This document shows, in pieces, positions 12,121 to 27,460 of a stretch of 64,000 nt of DNA; the first letter of the stretch is position 1; each line of letters starts with the position of its first letter. The notes beneath the pieces are model-generated. The model was not told where the DNA came from. It ran no database searches and saw only the letters and a list, made by a program, of their open reading frames with translations. Both the position numbers and the translations under genes were made by a program. Source of the stretch: Emiliania huxleyi CCMP1516 (lineage: Eukaryota); contig NW_005202428.1 in the NCBI RefSeq assembly GCF_000372725.1, forward strand, positions 915,331 through 979,330, written 5' to 3'.

Positions 12121-12879
12121 GAGCCGTGTGCGTGGGGCGTCTCCCGTATATTTTCTTTCTTAATATAGGAGTCTTACCCACCCATCCATATTGTACTCTG
12201 CGTTGAGAGATTTTTGGAAAACAAGAAATCACGACTCTCACAGTGATTTGGGCTCGGCAGCTTGTCAGCCCTCAGCCGAAGCTGGGGCCGGTCCCGTAGC
12301 CGAGAGAGCCCGCGTCGATGAGTTCGACGCGGTCGGGAGGCCTTGCGAAGAGAGGCCAGCGAGATGGCGATCGCTGTACTTCATGGCGCCCTCAAAGTGC
12401 GGCTGGCTGACTCGCCAGAGGTCCTCTGGACAACCCATAGGATGCCACGACTGCCTGAAGGAGAGGGAGGCGAGGCCAGAGGCAGGCTCAGCTGCTCTCG
12501 GGTGATCTCGCTTTGGTGGCTGAAGGACCCGCTGGTCCTGGTCACATTCGCGTTCCGAGTCGTGGGGGTAGAAGATTTCGAGGTAGAATCGAGCCAACAC
12601 TTCCTTGTAGTGTGCAGCGGACCGCCAGGCTCGCCGGCAGCATCCGCAGGGAGGCAGCATATGAGGCACCAGTCTTCTGGAGAGCTCAACAGCTGCGGCC
12701 GCGATGGCGGAGTCGGCCGCGAGCAGCTTTTGGCTGCGGGATCGAATCGCGAGAGGCTCATGCCCTCGCGGAGCGACGCGGGTCGCGCGGCGCGCGCGTG
12801 GGTGCGGTCGACGAAGGCGGAGCTCGCGATGCTCTTGGACGCTGAGCGCGACGCGAGCCAGCAGGCGGCGGGGGCGGGG

Positions 12880-13270
12880 CTGCTGCCGGCGGAGGCGGAG
12901 GAGGAGGCCGAAGCTGCAGCGGAGGAGGAGGAGGCCGATGCAGCGGAGGAGGAGGAGGCGGCGGGGCCGGAGGCGGCTGCGGCGGCGGCGGAGGGCGGCG
13001 GCCGAGGAGGCGGCGGCGGCGGCGGTGGCAGCAGAGGCCGCGGCAGAGGCCGCGGCGGAGGAGGCGGCAGCGGCGGCGGCGGCGGCCGCTGCTGCCGCGG
13101 AGGCGGCAGCGGTGGAGGCGGCGGCCGAGGCTGCGGCGGTGGAGGCTGCGGCGTCGGCGTCGGCGTCGGCGGCGGCGGCGGCGGCGGCCGCCGCCGCGGC
13201 GGCGGCTGCGGCGGAGGCGGCGGCGGAGGCGGCGGCGGAGGACGCGGCAGCACCCGAGGAGGCGGTGGAC
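12880..13270. repeat. GCG/GAG-rich low-complexity tract
   Basis: Trinucleotide-like repeats keep several frames open. No recognisable domain. Confidence 0.7.
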
Positions 13271-14315
13271 GAGGCGATGACAGACCCTAATGTCGTGCGA
13301 CTTCCTCCCAGCAGGCTGAAAGAAAGAAGCACGCTCTGTTAGCATGTGACCTAGCCCCATCGTTGTCGTGAGCCGGAACGCTATGTCCCCGCCCACACGA
13401 AAGGAAGCGCTTGGTGATTCCCGGAACCTTGGCGCGGCAGCGTGGTGTGCCATGCGGAGCTGCTCGGTGAGCCCGATGTCGCGGCCTGCGGCACGCAGCT
13501 GAGGAGCGCACCCATGCGGGCGACGCCCGGAGGCGGCCGCCTTGAGACCGGACACGAGCAAGACCGAGAGAAGCAAGGGTGTGTGTTGTTCCAGACGCCG
13601 GTCGGTCCCACAAAGCGCGCGCTGCGAACGCCCCCACACGGCTCCTTCCTCACGTTCACACTTCACACTTGCGTGTGCTTACCGGCACATAACAGTGACG
13701 GGACAACGTTCGTCAAACTGCGAGGGTCTCAGTACTCAGAGGCACAGTGCGGTGCGTGTTGTCAGCTCGTGAGTCGTGTGGCAAGTGTCAGCTGTCACTC
13801 GACACTCGCGTCGTGTGACGTGTGGCGCTGCCGCTGGCGAGCGGCGCGGCCCGGTGACTGCGGCCTGTGACGTGTGCGGTGCAGGTGTGCGGTGCGTCCC
13901 GTGAGACAGTCGTGTGCTGTGCGGTGACCGCGGTGTGCGCCTGCGCAGCGCGGTGTGCTCTAGGGCGCCGTTTCGTTACGCGTTACGGCGGTGTCCGGTT
14001 GTACAAGACCCTAGGTTGGACCGGTGTGCTCACAGGGCGTGTACTCAAGATATCAACTACAACTTCGAACTTCGCGAAGACATATCTCGTCTCGCCGCGC
14101 GCGCGCCGCAACAGTCTTGCGGTAGTCTCCGGTGGTCCGCACGCACACCCCAGCACCCCCCTCTGCCCTCTGCCCCTCGCCCCGCCCGTCCCGTCCGACC
14201 GTCCGCGCGTCCCCGCTCCGCCATGGCCAAGTCCCTCGGCACGCGCACGGCACCCACCTCGCGCTCGGCCTCCTCACACGGCACAACCGCGCATGCATGC
14301 ACTTCTTCACAAAAC

Positions 14316-15683
14316 TCAAAAGGTCTGCAGCACGCGCGCCTTGGCGTCGGTGTACTCCGCATCGGTGAGCGCGCCCGTGCGGTGCAGCTCCGCCAGCCTC
14401 GACAGCTCATCCGCCACCGACCGCTGCGGCACATTCGGCACGATCACCGCGTCCACCACCGTCGCCATCACAGGCTGCACGTCGTACGCTCCCACCGGCT
14501 GCGCGTGTGCCATCGGCATGTGGACCATCGGCACCGAAGGGCCCGCGGTCGCCGCCACTGCCGCACCGCCGCCGCCGCCGCCGCCGCCGACACCCGGGCT
14601 GGGGTACAACCGCGCCGGCGCGAGGCCCTGCGCCTGGCCCTGCGCCCGCACCTGGCCCTGCGCCTGCGCCGGTAGCGCCACCTTTGCGTCGGCGGGCTCG
14701 CCACTCTCCTTGCGCGGTGGCTCCGTTCTTGGGAGCAGCCGCCCAAACCAGCTGCCGCCGCTGGACAGAGCGGGCGGGTTCGCTTCGGCAACGGGCGGAG
14801 GCGCCTCGGCAGGTGACGCGGCGGACGTGGCGGCGGAGGAGGAGGCGGCGGCGGCGGAGGCGGCGGCGGAGGTGGAGGGCGCGGCGGAGGCGGCGGGCGC
14901 GGGTCGCGACATCGGCGGCGCGAAAGGGATGCCTCCGCTTAGCGGCGGCGCGGCGCCGCGCGACGCCCGGCGTCGGCGGCGGCGCACGCAAACAAGAGCG
15001 ATGGCAGTGGAGAGCAGGACTGCCACGGCGCCGGCGGCCGCGCCCGCGGCGACGGCGGCCGTTCCGGAGGGGCAAGCGGTGGGGTAGCCAAAGCCGGTGG
15101 CGCTGCCATGCGGCTCGAGAAGGCAGTTGAAGCGGCCGACGATGGCGGCGGCGCCGGGGGAGAGCAGCGGGTTGGACACGTCGGTGAAGCCGTGCGGGTT
15201 GCCGTCCGCACGGAAGACCCAAAAGTGCGACGCGCCGCGACTGGTCGGGTCGGGGCCAACGATCCACTCGCCCGCGAGATTCGGATGAGATGGCGAGCGC
15301 GGGTCCGAGGGGGCGAGCGTCGTCCGTGCGTCGAGCGCAATGCGGCTGCCCGGTCGCGTCTCGCACGCAACGCCGTCGTACTCAGGCTCTGTCGTGCCGT
15401 CATTGCAACCGGCGTACACCCAAATGCTGCACTCGTCACGCAACGAGAGGAGCTTGAAATTGGCGCTGACGCAGGGCAGGGACGCTCGCGCAGACGCAAC
15501 TATCGAACAGATCGGGGCACCGACCAACACTGTGTCGGCCTGCGCGAGCGAGGGTATCGTATTGGCGAGCATGCCGCCGGGCACGAGCGATGCGCGTAGT
15601 GCGTTGAGGCACGTCGAATTGCCGCTGGAGCACGTCGCAGGCGGGAGGTTCTTGATGCGGCACGTCATGTTGACGTGGCACAA
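14316..15683 (-). CDS. Single-pass membrane protein with Cys-rich N-terminal part and C-terminal SHOCT domain (5' end uncertain)
   Basis: TM segment AVAVLLSTAIALVCV followed by RRRRRR. C-terminus VADELSRLAELHRTGALTDAEYTDAKARVL fits the SHOCT pattern. Confidence 0.75.
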   Translation of the reverse strand: MCHVNMTCRIKNLPPATCSSGNSTCLNALRASLVPGGMLANTIPSLAQADTVLVGAPICSIVASARASLPCVSANFKLLSLRDECSIWVYAGCNDGTTEPEYDGVACETRPGSRIALDARTTLAPSDPRSPSHPNLAGEWIVGPDPTSRGASHFWVFRADGNPHGFTDVSNPLLSPGAAAIVGRFNCLLEPHGSATGFGYPTACPSGTAAVAAGAAAGAVAVLLSTAIALVCVRRRRRRASRGAAPPLSGGIPFAPPMSRPAPAASAAPSTSAAASAAAASSSAATSAASPAEAPPPVAEANPPALSSGGSWFGRLLPRTEPPRKESGEPADAKVALPAQAQGQVRAQGQAQGLAPARLYPSPGVGGGGGGGGAAVAATAGPSVPMVHMPMAHAQPVGAYDVQPVMATVVDAVIVPNVPQRSVADELSRLAELHRTGALTDAEYTDAKARVLQTF

Positions 15684-15844
15684 CGAGGGGGCCCTCTGAG
15701 CTAGATCGTCCGCTCAACCGCGGCTTGGCTGATGTAGTCTTGCACTGCGAGGAGCTGGTCGATCAGGTTTATCCGAGACACGGCATCTCCCGACCTCAGA
15801 AAGGCATGTTGGGAGTGTTGGGAGTGTGAACGCCCTCCTCATGA

Positions 15845-15875
<31 letters not shown>

Positions 15876-16174
15876 CGTCTCTATCCTAGCGAGATGTCTG
15901 TGTGAACAGGGACATGTGTGCGGGACGTGTCAGGCCGGTGCGAGAGCCGTATCTTCCCTCCTTGAAGCAGAGGCGCCGCGAGGCACGAGAGAGGCGTAGA
16001 AGAGAGCAGGCTGGCGTGCCCCGCACCGCCCGGCTGGCAGTAGGAGGGCCCGCCGGTGAGACCACTGATTTTGGTGCCGACCATAAATCTCGCCACTTTA
16101 TGTGAACAGCGCCCACCATAAAAACCTCGTATCCCCAAGCCCAGCATACTGTGCCTTGTGCGCCCGGATCCAGG

Positions 16175-16571
16175 ATGCCATTTGACCCATGTTCTGCCCC
16201 CCCGTCCCGGGGGGGTGTGGCCGGCTTGCCATTCTGTCTGACGCCGCCTCCTCCGTCACCCCGCGTCCACAGCGTTCTGCAGACGCTAGTACCGCCGCCG
16301 CCTCCTCCTCCGCCCCTCCAGTGGCTTGCCATACCATTCTGGCTGTCGCCGCCTCCTCCGCGGCCAGTCGCTGGGACGCCACCACCGCCTTCTCCGTCAC
16401 CGACGCTAGTACCGCCGCCGCCTCCTCCTCCGCCCCCGCCCCTCTTGACCCCACCATCAGCACAAGCCTACCGCTATATGGCTACTCCGCACGCCCCTCC
16501 GCCTCCGCCGCGCCCGCCACCGTGGTGGATGGAACCGCCGCCAGAACCGCCTGCACTGCCGCCACCGCAGT

Positions 16572-16602
<31 letters not shown>

Positions 16603-18073
16603 ACCCACGCCTCCGCCGCCGCCTCGACCCCCCAATCCCCCATCACCCGACCCACCACCGCCCGCTCCTCCATGGCCTCCTCCACCGCCCTTACCCCCGT
16701 CGCCAATGCCACCGCCGACCCCGCCTCTACCGCCGCCGCCGCTGCCGCCGCCGCCGCCTCCGTTGCCGCCCCCGACCTCACCGCCTCCGCCGCCTCCGCC
16801 ACCACCGCCACCACTCCCGCCGTCTCCGTCACTCCCTCCGCTCCCTCCTCTCTTGCCCCCACTGCCGCCGCCCTCGCCCCCGCCGCCGACGCCGCCCTCG
16901 CCGCCCCTCCTGCCCTCTCCCTCGCCACCACCACCCTGGCCGCCTCCTCCACCCCCTTCTCCTCCCCATCCTCCTCCTCTCCCGCCAAGCCCGCCACGGC
17001 CACCAGTGCCAGCCCCACCGCCGCCGAACCCACCCCAACCCCCTCTTCCACCGCATCCACCCCCGCCCCCTCCACCGCTGCTGCCACCGCCACCCCAAGA
17101 CCCTCTTCCACCGCATCCACCGCCGTCGCCCGTTCCAAACCCGCCCCCTCCATCGTCGCCGCCGCTGCCGCCTCCGTCACCGCCCCCGACCTCACCACCG
17201 CCGCTAGCACCGCCGCCGCCGACGCCACCGCCATCACCGCACACGCCACCGCCCTCACCGCCACCGCCCTCACCGCCGCCACCAACACCGCCTTCCCCGA
17301 GCCTGCCACCGCCGGTCAATGCTCGCAAGCACGACAAGTTGAGAATGATTTTTTGGGGCTTCGATCCGCCGTCACCGCCACCGCCACCGCCCCCTCCATC
17401 GTCGCCGCCGCTGCCGCCTCCGTCACCGCCCCCGACCTCACCGCCGCTGCCGCCTCCGTCACCGCCACCGCCACCGCCGCTAGCACCGCCGCCGCCGCCG
17501 CCACCGCCATCACCGCACACGCCACCGCGCTCACCGCCACCGCCCTCACCGCCGCCACCAACACCGCCTTCCCCGAGCCTGCCACCGCCGCCGCCGTCGA
17601 CGATGCCAGCCTCTCCACGCGCCCCAAGCCCATCACCTTCAGCGCTCCTGGCACCCCCGCCGCCTTCTGCGCCGACACCCTCGAGTCTAAGCCAAACCGT
17701 GCTGCGAGGGAGGGGGGGGAGGGTGTTGCCTGCCCCCCTCGCTCCCTCATTTCCACCCTCGGTGCTGGTAGACACCAATGGGCAAGCCAACGACGCGGTG
17801 GCGCCGACACAGCTCCATCTGACTTCCTTTGCGACCGGGCTGGGATTCGGGTTGATTGTTCTTTTGTGCGTTGTGCTCGCTCGGCTCGACTCGGCTCTTC
17901 AACAACGCGTCCGGCGGCGCTTCTTCGCTCGCTTCTTGGACAGCAGTGGCGGGAGCAGCGAGGACTCTCAGTTCTTAAAGCGGCAGATCGAGGGGATCGT
18001 CACAGCGCACAGCACCGGAAGGAGTCCTCGGCGCGGGAGTGCCAGTCCCTTTAGACACTGGCGTCTGCGTTGA
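16175..18073 (+). CDS. Proline-rich (extensin-like SPn) protein with C-terminal transmembrane helix
   Basis: About 1.9-kb open frame of SPPP/PPPP repeats, then FATGLGFGLIVLLCVVLA and a basic tail. Internal duplication ~17140-17314 / ~17388-17592. Confidence 0.6.
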
Positions 18074-18518
18074 GTGTCATCCACGACTTCACTTCCGTGT
18101 CTATAGTGTTGTGTATGTGAGCGAGTTTGTTGTAAAAGTCTTTTTGCGTGTGTGATCAAACGGCGGACTTCTATCGAAAATGCGCTGCCGCTCCGCAAAA
18201 TCCGCATATACGTGTATGAAGTCGGTGTATGGACAAGAATTTAGTTTTTACAATTTAGGATCGCATTCGCTCTTAAGCCGCCGTACTGGCTACAGTACGG
18301 CTTATAACACTGCTCGTCTACAGTCTACTGGATAGGAATTAGGATCGTGCTTCGTGGAGATCGACATATCGCATCGAGAGATGGGTAAAAAGGTATGAGG
18401 ATAATTATGTATCATAGTATGACACGTATGTTGCGCTCGGCTTCGCCATGCTCCGATAAAAAAGCGTATCCTTACTAGTTACTTCTCTTCAGCACCTCTC
18501 CACGTGCACGAATCTCTC

Positions 18519-20990
<2,472 letters not shown>

Positions 20991-21096
20991 GCTTGGAGCC
21001 GCCAATTTGTCGGCCAGTCAGCTCAAAAAAAGAATTGATTTTGGCATCGAAGGCTAAGCTCAAAAAAGAATTTAAATTCGGCCCGAAAGATTACAA

Positions 21097-21170
21097 CCTG
21101 TGTTGGTGGCGGCGCGCCGTCCTCCCATCCCTCCCTTGGGTGCGGTGTTTTCTTTCTTTCTTTCTTTCTT
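21097..21170 (+). repeat. Retro-tail family with (TTTC)n end; other copies 30830-30865, 39506-39530 and 63630-63691 (minus)
   Basis: GGTGGCGGCG.GCCGTCCTCCCATCCCTCCCTTGGG..TGTTTTCTTTCTTT. Copies are 3'-coterminal with variable 5' length. Confidence 0.8.
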
Positions 21171-21598
21171 TACCCTTTACCCCTAGGCACGGACCACGCA
21201 CCACGGTGCGACTGGCGCGGCCGCGCACACTGCCACTGGCACGAAAGAATCGGAAGCTTGCACCGTGCTTGAAGCAGGCCGAGAAAATCGGTACAACCCC
21301 GGGGTAAGCGCCGGTGAGCGAAGAGGAGAAGGGTGTCGTTCGTGTGCGGTGTGGTCTGTGGTGTGTGGAGAGAGAAGAGAGAAAGAATCGTCGGGAAGTC
21401 GTCATGGAACATGCCACACACACACACACGACACGACATGCAGCGCTCCCACAGCGCACAGGCGGCTTTTGGCCGGTTTCCAGCCGTCCCCGGCGGATGA
21501 GTCATGAGAGCGTCCGCCGGCGTCGTACAAGCGGCGGAGGTCTCCACGGTGACAGGGGCACGGCACCCCCGCTCGCGCGCGCCGCCGCCGCGCCGCGC

Positions 21599-22913
21599 TC
21601 ACGCTCGCGCGTAGACAAAGGCGGAGCGGGCCTCGTCGGCCGGCGCCGGCGCCGCCGACAGGTCGAGCCGAGGCCGCGAGATGCGCAGCGAGCTGGACAG
21701 GTAGGTGGTCTGCAGCACGACCGTCGAGGAGCGCGGCGAGAGGGCGTCGAGCGCGTCGCCCGACGGGAAGCGAAACGCGTCGCCAAAGCCGGGCAGGAGC
21801 GCCTAATCGCAACTCGTCGCCCATCCCTCCCTGTGCGAAGCATGGATGACCCGCCGTGCAGCGGCGCCTCGATGCTGCTCTGCTCGGCCGACGTGCGCTC
21901 GACCCGCAGCTCCACCTGCAGACGAGCCGCTCACTGTCGATGGGACCACCGCCGCTTATAGTGCGCTCGGCCCGCAGCAGGCGCCGCCTCTAGAATGCTG
22001 CCCGAGGGAGGGAGCGGCCGCACGCTCGCGGTGGTCGTCATCAGCGACTTCGCCTCCGGCAAGCCAAAGTTGCGGCCGACGATGAGCTCGACCTGCGGTG
22101 TCATTGAATCGGTTATTCCACGCTGATGTGTGCGCCCGCTGTGAATGAACAGCTCGACCTGCGACTCGAGCGTGCCCGCGCCGTCGGGGATCGGCGCCGA
22201 GGTCCCGTCCGAGGGCTCCGCCTCGCTGCTCGCGCCGTCGCTTGAGCCGTCTGCGTCCTTCTCGGGCACGGGGCAGCCCCGCTCCTGCCGGAAGGTTCGG
22301 AGAAGGTGCGGACAGGGTTCGACGCTCTTCTCGGCAGGGGGCGCGGACCTCGGAGCAGACGCCGCCGATCCGCTGCACCACCGACCCGATGTCGTAGAAC
22401 GGAATGTTGTCCGTCACGGCGAGCACCGCGGAGGCGAGCGGCCCGCCAGCAGCCGCGCCCTTCAGCCCGACCGGACTCGTCCAGCGGGCGGTCGCCTGCC
22501 GGAAAGGTCATAGAAGGTGCATGGAGGGTTCCTAGAAGCATGCTCTCTCCCTGCTTCGCCTGGCGAAAGGCCCAGAAGAAGGGCGAGGAGCGGTAGGCAG
22601 TTTCGCCGCACGCTGCCAGCAGCCTCCACTCTCCGTTGATGTCGAGGGCGTCGGCCGGCGGCGCGACCGCCTCGAGCGCCGCGATCGCCGCGCGAAGCTC
22701 TGACTCCTGCTCCGGCGACGCGCGCTGGCCGCGATCCGTCAAGGCGCAAAGCCGAAGCAGGTTTGCCTCGAGCACCTCACAAGTCTCGGGAGCGGCTGCG
22801 GCGGTGGCGGCGACACGAGCGCGGTGGCAGCACCGAGCGGCGTGTGGGCGTGGCGAGGGGTGCAGCGCAGCGGCCGAAGCTTGGGCGCAGAGTAGGGCGA
22901 GGAGTGGCCGCAT
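21599..22913 (-). CDS. Plastid lipid-associated protein / fibrillin family, multi-exon
   Basis: Signal and transit-like N-terminus, then LCALTDRGQRASPEQ..AIAALE..INGEWRLL, SSPFFWAF and C-terminal LQTTYLSSSLRISR..AFVYAR. Confidence 0.8.
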
Positions 22914-23299
22914 CTTGTCGTGCTGGCGAGGCCGAGACTCCGAGGTGAGACATGTCTTGCCGCGCAGTTTTTCTTTTTTGTTGGAGGTTCACCGACCGTT
23001 GGAGGGCCAACCGACCGTTGGAGGTTTCTCATGCTTGGAGGGTCTATCTGTGTGTACTCCTCGAGATCTCTCCAAATCTGCCCTCTCTAATCAACCGTGT
23101 AAGTCGGTGCTAATAGAGACTACAGTAATAGAGCCGGGGCCCCGTTTCCGCACTGCGGCGCGGCGCACGGTGCCTCCGGGAGCCCCCGCGCCCCCCCAGA
23201 GGCCTGCGAGCTCGCGCATGTGTTTCGTCGATCGGCCGTCCTCTTCACACATCTCATTGAGATTGTTATCTAAATTCCATGTTCACAGCAATTGTCTCC

Positions 23300-23458
23300 C
23301 CTTTTTTTCACCACCTGAGATCCAAAATCTCAGCCCTGCAATTATGACCTGCCGCACAACTGCCCTGCCCGACCCCCTACCTGCCCCGGGTGTGAAACCA
23401 ACCCACACTGCCCTGCCCGGCCCAGACCACACTGCCGAGGTGTGAATAACCGGCCGCT
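23300..23458 (+). repeat. Dispersed repeat with CTGCC subunits; inverted copy at 35471-35674
   Basis: TTTTTCACCAC.GAGATCC.AAATCTCAGCCCTGC.ATTATGACCTGCC...TGTGAATAACCGGCCGCT is present on opposite strands at the two sites. Confidence 0.85.
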
Positions 23459-23619
23459 GGCGATATCTCGAACAAACTTCTCTGTGGCGTATATTGTTGA
23501 AACCAGGCTGCGCCGCGTACCGGGTACCCCCAAAAGTGCTGCGACCTGTGTCTCTGAGGCTACGGTGCGGCTGTCCTACTGGCGGCGTGGCATCCTGCTG
23601 GCCTTGTGTCCTGCTGGCG

Positions 23620-25436
23620 ATGCGGCTGGCGGTGCGGCAACTGATTCTCTACACCGGCTGCTTGTTCATCGTTGCCTGTCAGTACGCGACCAACGCCTTT
23701 CCGGTCGGCTTCTTCCCGTCCTTTGCCTCAGAGAACGGGCTTGAGGACATAGAGACCGGGATGATATTAGCGGCGTATCCACTCGGAATGAGCATCTCCT
23801 CTCAGCTGGCTCCGAAGATAGTATGGCGACTGGGCCCTCGCCGGGCGTGCATGTTCAGCCTGGCTGCGATGGCGCCTTTCGTTGCAATGTTTGGCTTCGT
23901 GCCTGACGTCTCGACTGAGAAAGGCGCCCGAGTGGCGCTCTTCTTCTCCTCCTCGTTCTTTGCTGGACTGGCTGCGGGACTGCCCGAGACGACATGCTAC
24001 ATCCTGATTACGGCGAATTTCAAGACGAACCTGCCGTTGGCGATGGCGGGGGCGACTATCGCATGCGGAGTCGGTGCTGCCGGACGCTTTAGTGCGACAC
24101 GCTGAATTCACACTCACTCCGAGTCTCCTCGATTTTAGGTTCGGCCATCGGTCCCATCCTGGGAGGTGGATTTCATGACCTACCGGAGGACCCCGCTTGG
24201 CAGTTCCGCCTGCCCTCCATCGTCGCGATGTTCATGCCCGCGCTCCTTTGTGCGACTGTGCCACTCTACATGCCGAGCGGAGTTCTTTCCACACCGTCAG
24301 AATCGCCCCCGGAGCCTCAGGAACGTGGCGGGCAACGCCCACGATTGTTCACACTCCCGATCGTGCTGGGTCTGCTCTGCACGCTGGTGAGCGCGAGCGT
24401 CGTAGGCACCCTGGACTCGACGCTCGATCTGCGCCTCTCGGCAGTGCCCCTTGTCTTCAGCGCCACCCAAGTGTCGAGCACGTTCACCGCCTCATCGTTG
24501 TTCGGATCGGCGGTGTCGTTGCCTCTAGCTTTCCTGGTCAATCACATCAGCGGGAGCTATCGGCTTTTGAGCTTCGTTACAGCGATTGGCTTCCTCGTCG
24601 TCGGTCTCGCTTTCCTGCTCCTGGCTCCGCTGGGATCTGCAGTGCTCAGGATGCCGGGCTCTTGGACCCTCGCTGCGCCAAATTCCGTCGAGGCTGTGTA
24701 TGTTGCCATGATCCTGAAGTCAGTCGGAAATGGATTAGGAATGTTAAGCATGTATCCGGCCATGGTGTTGAACGTGCCCGACGACCCCTATCTGGAATCG
24801 CGTCTCGCAGCTATGAACTCAGCGTTGTACTCGTTCGGCTGGTGTGTGGGCCCGCTCCTTGGCTCCGCGCTCTTCGCTGCTTTTTCTGACGTCATACTCT
24901 GCATGCCCGGCGAGGAGGAGGGCTGTCAGAGCAACATGCGGTGCAGCTGTGAGTGGCAGCCAAACAATGGCTACGACGGCCAGGCCTCTGCGGTTGGCTT
25001 ACTCTCTATCTCCTTTGCCATGTTGCTAGCTTTGGCTGGCTGCTTCAACATTGGGGCAAAGCGCACGCGGGACTCTGCAGCCAGAGTGCAAAGTGAAGAA
25101 TCAGTCAAGCGGCGGCGCGTGTTGGCCAGCACGCCGGCGTCTGCAAGTGGGTTGGTGATGTCTGGCATCGCTCACATCAAGGCAACCGCTTACCACATCG
25201 AGGCGCCGGCTTCAGCTGCTCGCGAGCTTTCCGCGCCTGTGCGGCTGTCCCGTTACCTGCCCCATAAGCCGTCAGCGCTCAAGCGATCCTTCACGAGCGG
25301 GCCGGCGTTGCTCCGGGGCTCAGCCGCATCACCCTCGAAACGATCCTCGACTCGGCACTCCATCGGCGTCTGGGAGGATGCGATCGAAGCGCCGCTCGGA
25401 GGTTCCGAGATGATGGGGGAGGTCGCGGTCATCTAA
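23620..25436 (+). CDS. Major facilitator superfamily transporter (SLC18B1-like), probable intron ~24074-24138
   Basis: Multiple hydrophobic helices, motif-A-like KIVWRLGPRR, GxAIGPILGG at the second exon start and FGWCVGPLLGS. Confidence 0.8.
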
Positions 25437-26105
25437 ACATATGAGCGCCCCGCCGCTGCTTCTACGTGGGAGAGCGTGACCGGCGCCGCGCTGCAAGATG
25501 ATAGTAGGGAGTAGAACGAGAAGCGCAAAGAGGAGCCCTGCGCACCCACACGCCTTCTCTCCCATCCCTCTCTCTCGTTTGGCGGATGGCGCGTGGAGCA
25601 CTTTCGGCGCCTCTTTTTCTTTTACCTTAGACGCTCACCGGGACGACTGTCCTCCTCCAGGGGGTGAGGGTGCGCCTGACCAGCCTTAATTTCGCATGCA
25701 CCTCCCCAATCCAGCGGCTCCGTCTCCACCGGAGCCAGCGTCCGATCACCGGCAAAAAGTAGAGGAGCACGAGCCCGTGGACCGCGACGAGCATCGCGAT
25801 GCTTCGACGACATTGAGAGAGACACACAGACATTGAGAGAGAGAGACATTGAACGCGACCTTCATGGGGCAAAGACATGCAGGTCTGTGGCTCAGACTGG
25901 AATCCTCTTGGTCCCTTCTGGTGCCCTAGGCCACACCTGGGCCTTACCTGGGGCTCTAGGGGGCGGGCAGGGTTTGCCCCCCGAAAACTGGCCCGAAAAG
26001 AACCTTAATCTGCCGGCCGGCAGATTACATACACTCTCCCAGCTCTCACTCAGGGCGGGGACACATACACATGTCCCCAAATCCCCATCTCGTCTCAGAG
26101 TTTGA

Positions 26106-26537
26106 TCACGCGCGCGTGAAGGCGAACAGGGTAAGGGAGGCACCTTCCTTTGCGACGCCGCGTATCCAGTCGATCTGCGCGCACGGCGGTAGAGCGAGGG
26201 TCGAGTCGATCGACGTCCAGATGTCGTGCTGCAAGTACTGATACGGCGCCTCGGGGTCGCACAGCGGCTCTTGTGGCGTGACGTTCTGAAGTCGGCGTAG
26301 CACTGGTGCTTGCTTGATTGATTTGTAGCTGCGGACACCAACGCGTATCTCGTTGATCTTCGCGCCACTCTGGTACGAGTGCAGCAGAAGGCGGTCCTCC
26401 TCGATTGTCCACGGAGTGAAAGCTGAGTTCATCGGCACGTTTTTTCGCGTGCAGCTGCACGAGAGCATCCTCGACCCACGGCTGCAGGCTGATCTCGGTG
26501 CTGTCCAGCTGCGTCTCCGCCTCGTCGCAGGATCCAC
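26106..26537 (-). pseudogene. Myb/SANT-like repeat fragment, probably degenerate
   Basis: PWTIEEDRLLLHSYQSG resembles Myb helix 1. The upstream frame has stops. Confidence 0.35.
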
Positions 26538-27014
26538 AGATCAGTCAGAGGTCGTCGAGAGCGTCGAGCTTCTTGAGAACATTCTTCCATCGACACTTGA
26601 TTGCATTTTTGCTTCGTTTCAAACGGCGGATTCAAACGGCCACTGCACCTTTCGCAACGAGATGCCGTCTCGAACGTGGCACAGCAGCACGAAGGCATCC
26701 ATCTCTTGGTCGCCACGGGCTGGCGCTGTGCTTCGAAGGACGGGTTGAGTGCATGGCCATGAGGCTGCGTCGCAGAGCATCGGGAAGAGGTGAAATGAGT
26801 CCACTTGCACCACTGGGTCGGTCGAGAAGAGACCGCCGTTCATGGCAGTGAGAGCGTAGAGGAGCAACCTGTGCATCGCCAGCACAGAGCCAGCAACGCC
26901 GCCTCGAATCGGTGAGGGGAATCGTGGCGGCGATCGTTGGACACGTCCCTGTCCCCTCGATCGACTGCGACCCCATTGGGGCTTTTGAAAAAATGCTCTC
27001 CAGAGGACTTGAGT

Positions 27015-27205
27015 TGTAAAACTCCCTCGCACGACACTGGGCACGGGACTGGCGCGCACTGACTGGCACTAACACAGGTACACCACGGGAGCCGCCTAAG
27101 CGACTCCTGCGAGGATAATCAAAAGAATTTTACAACGAACTCCCTCGCACGACACTGTGGGCACGGGACTGCGCGCACTGGGGCACTAACACACAGGTAC
27201 ACCAC
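27015..27205. repeat. Small modular repeat family T (two tandem copies); other copies 37183-37258 (inverted), 43587-43617, 47433-47500, 58468-58527
   Basis: ACTCCCTCGCACGACACTGGGCACGGGACTGGCGCGCACTGGCACTAACACAGGTACACCAC, plus hairpin GGAGCCGCCT(A/G)AGCGACTCC in two copies. Confidence 0.85.
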
Positions 27206-27460
27206 AATCAAAAGAATTTTCGGGGCGTTACTGGAAATGAGAGAATTTGTTCGTCTGCCTAAGAACTGAACAATTCGGAGTCGCAGCTCCTCACATCGCA
27301 AACCACCTCGAGTATGTTCTCTTCTCTATGTTCGTAACGATGTATAAGAGCCACGTTTCGCACGTAGAGCCAGATACAACTGAGAGAGAGAGAGAAAAAT
27401 CCACGATCGCGCGCACAACGCACAACGCGCGCAGCGCTGGCCACTCTCACCGAGTCGTCC

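Noticed and set aside
11804..12241. N-terminal extension of the RBBP9 ORF
   Set aside because: Read-through into a dispersed repeat. Homology starts at MRIVIVPGNG.
16474..17790. Gly-rich minus-strand ORF
   Set aside because: Reverse complement of the polyproline gene.
21168..21188. TTTACCC telomere-like motif
   Set aside because: Only two degenerate units.
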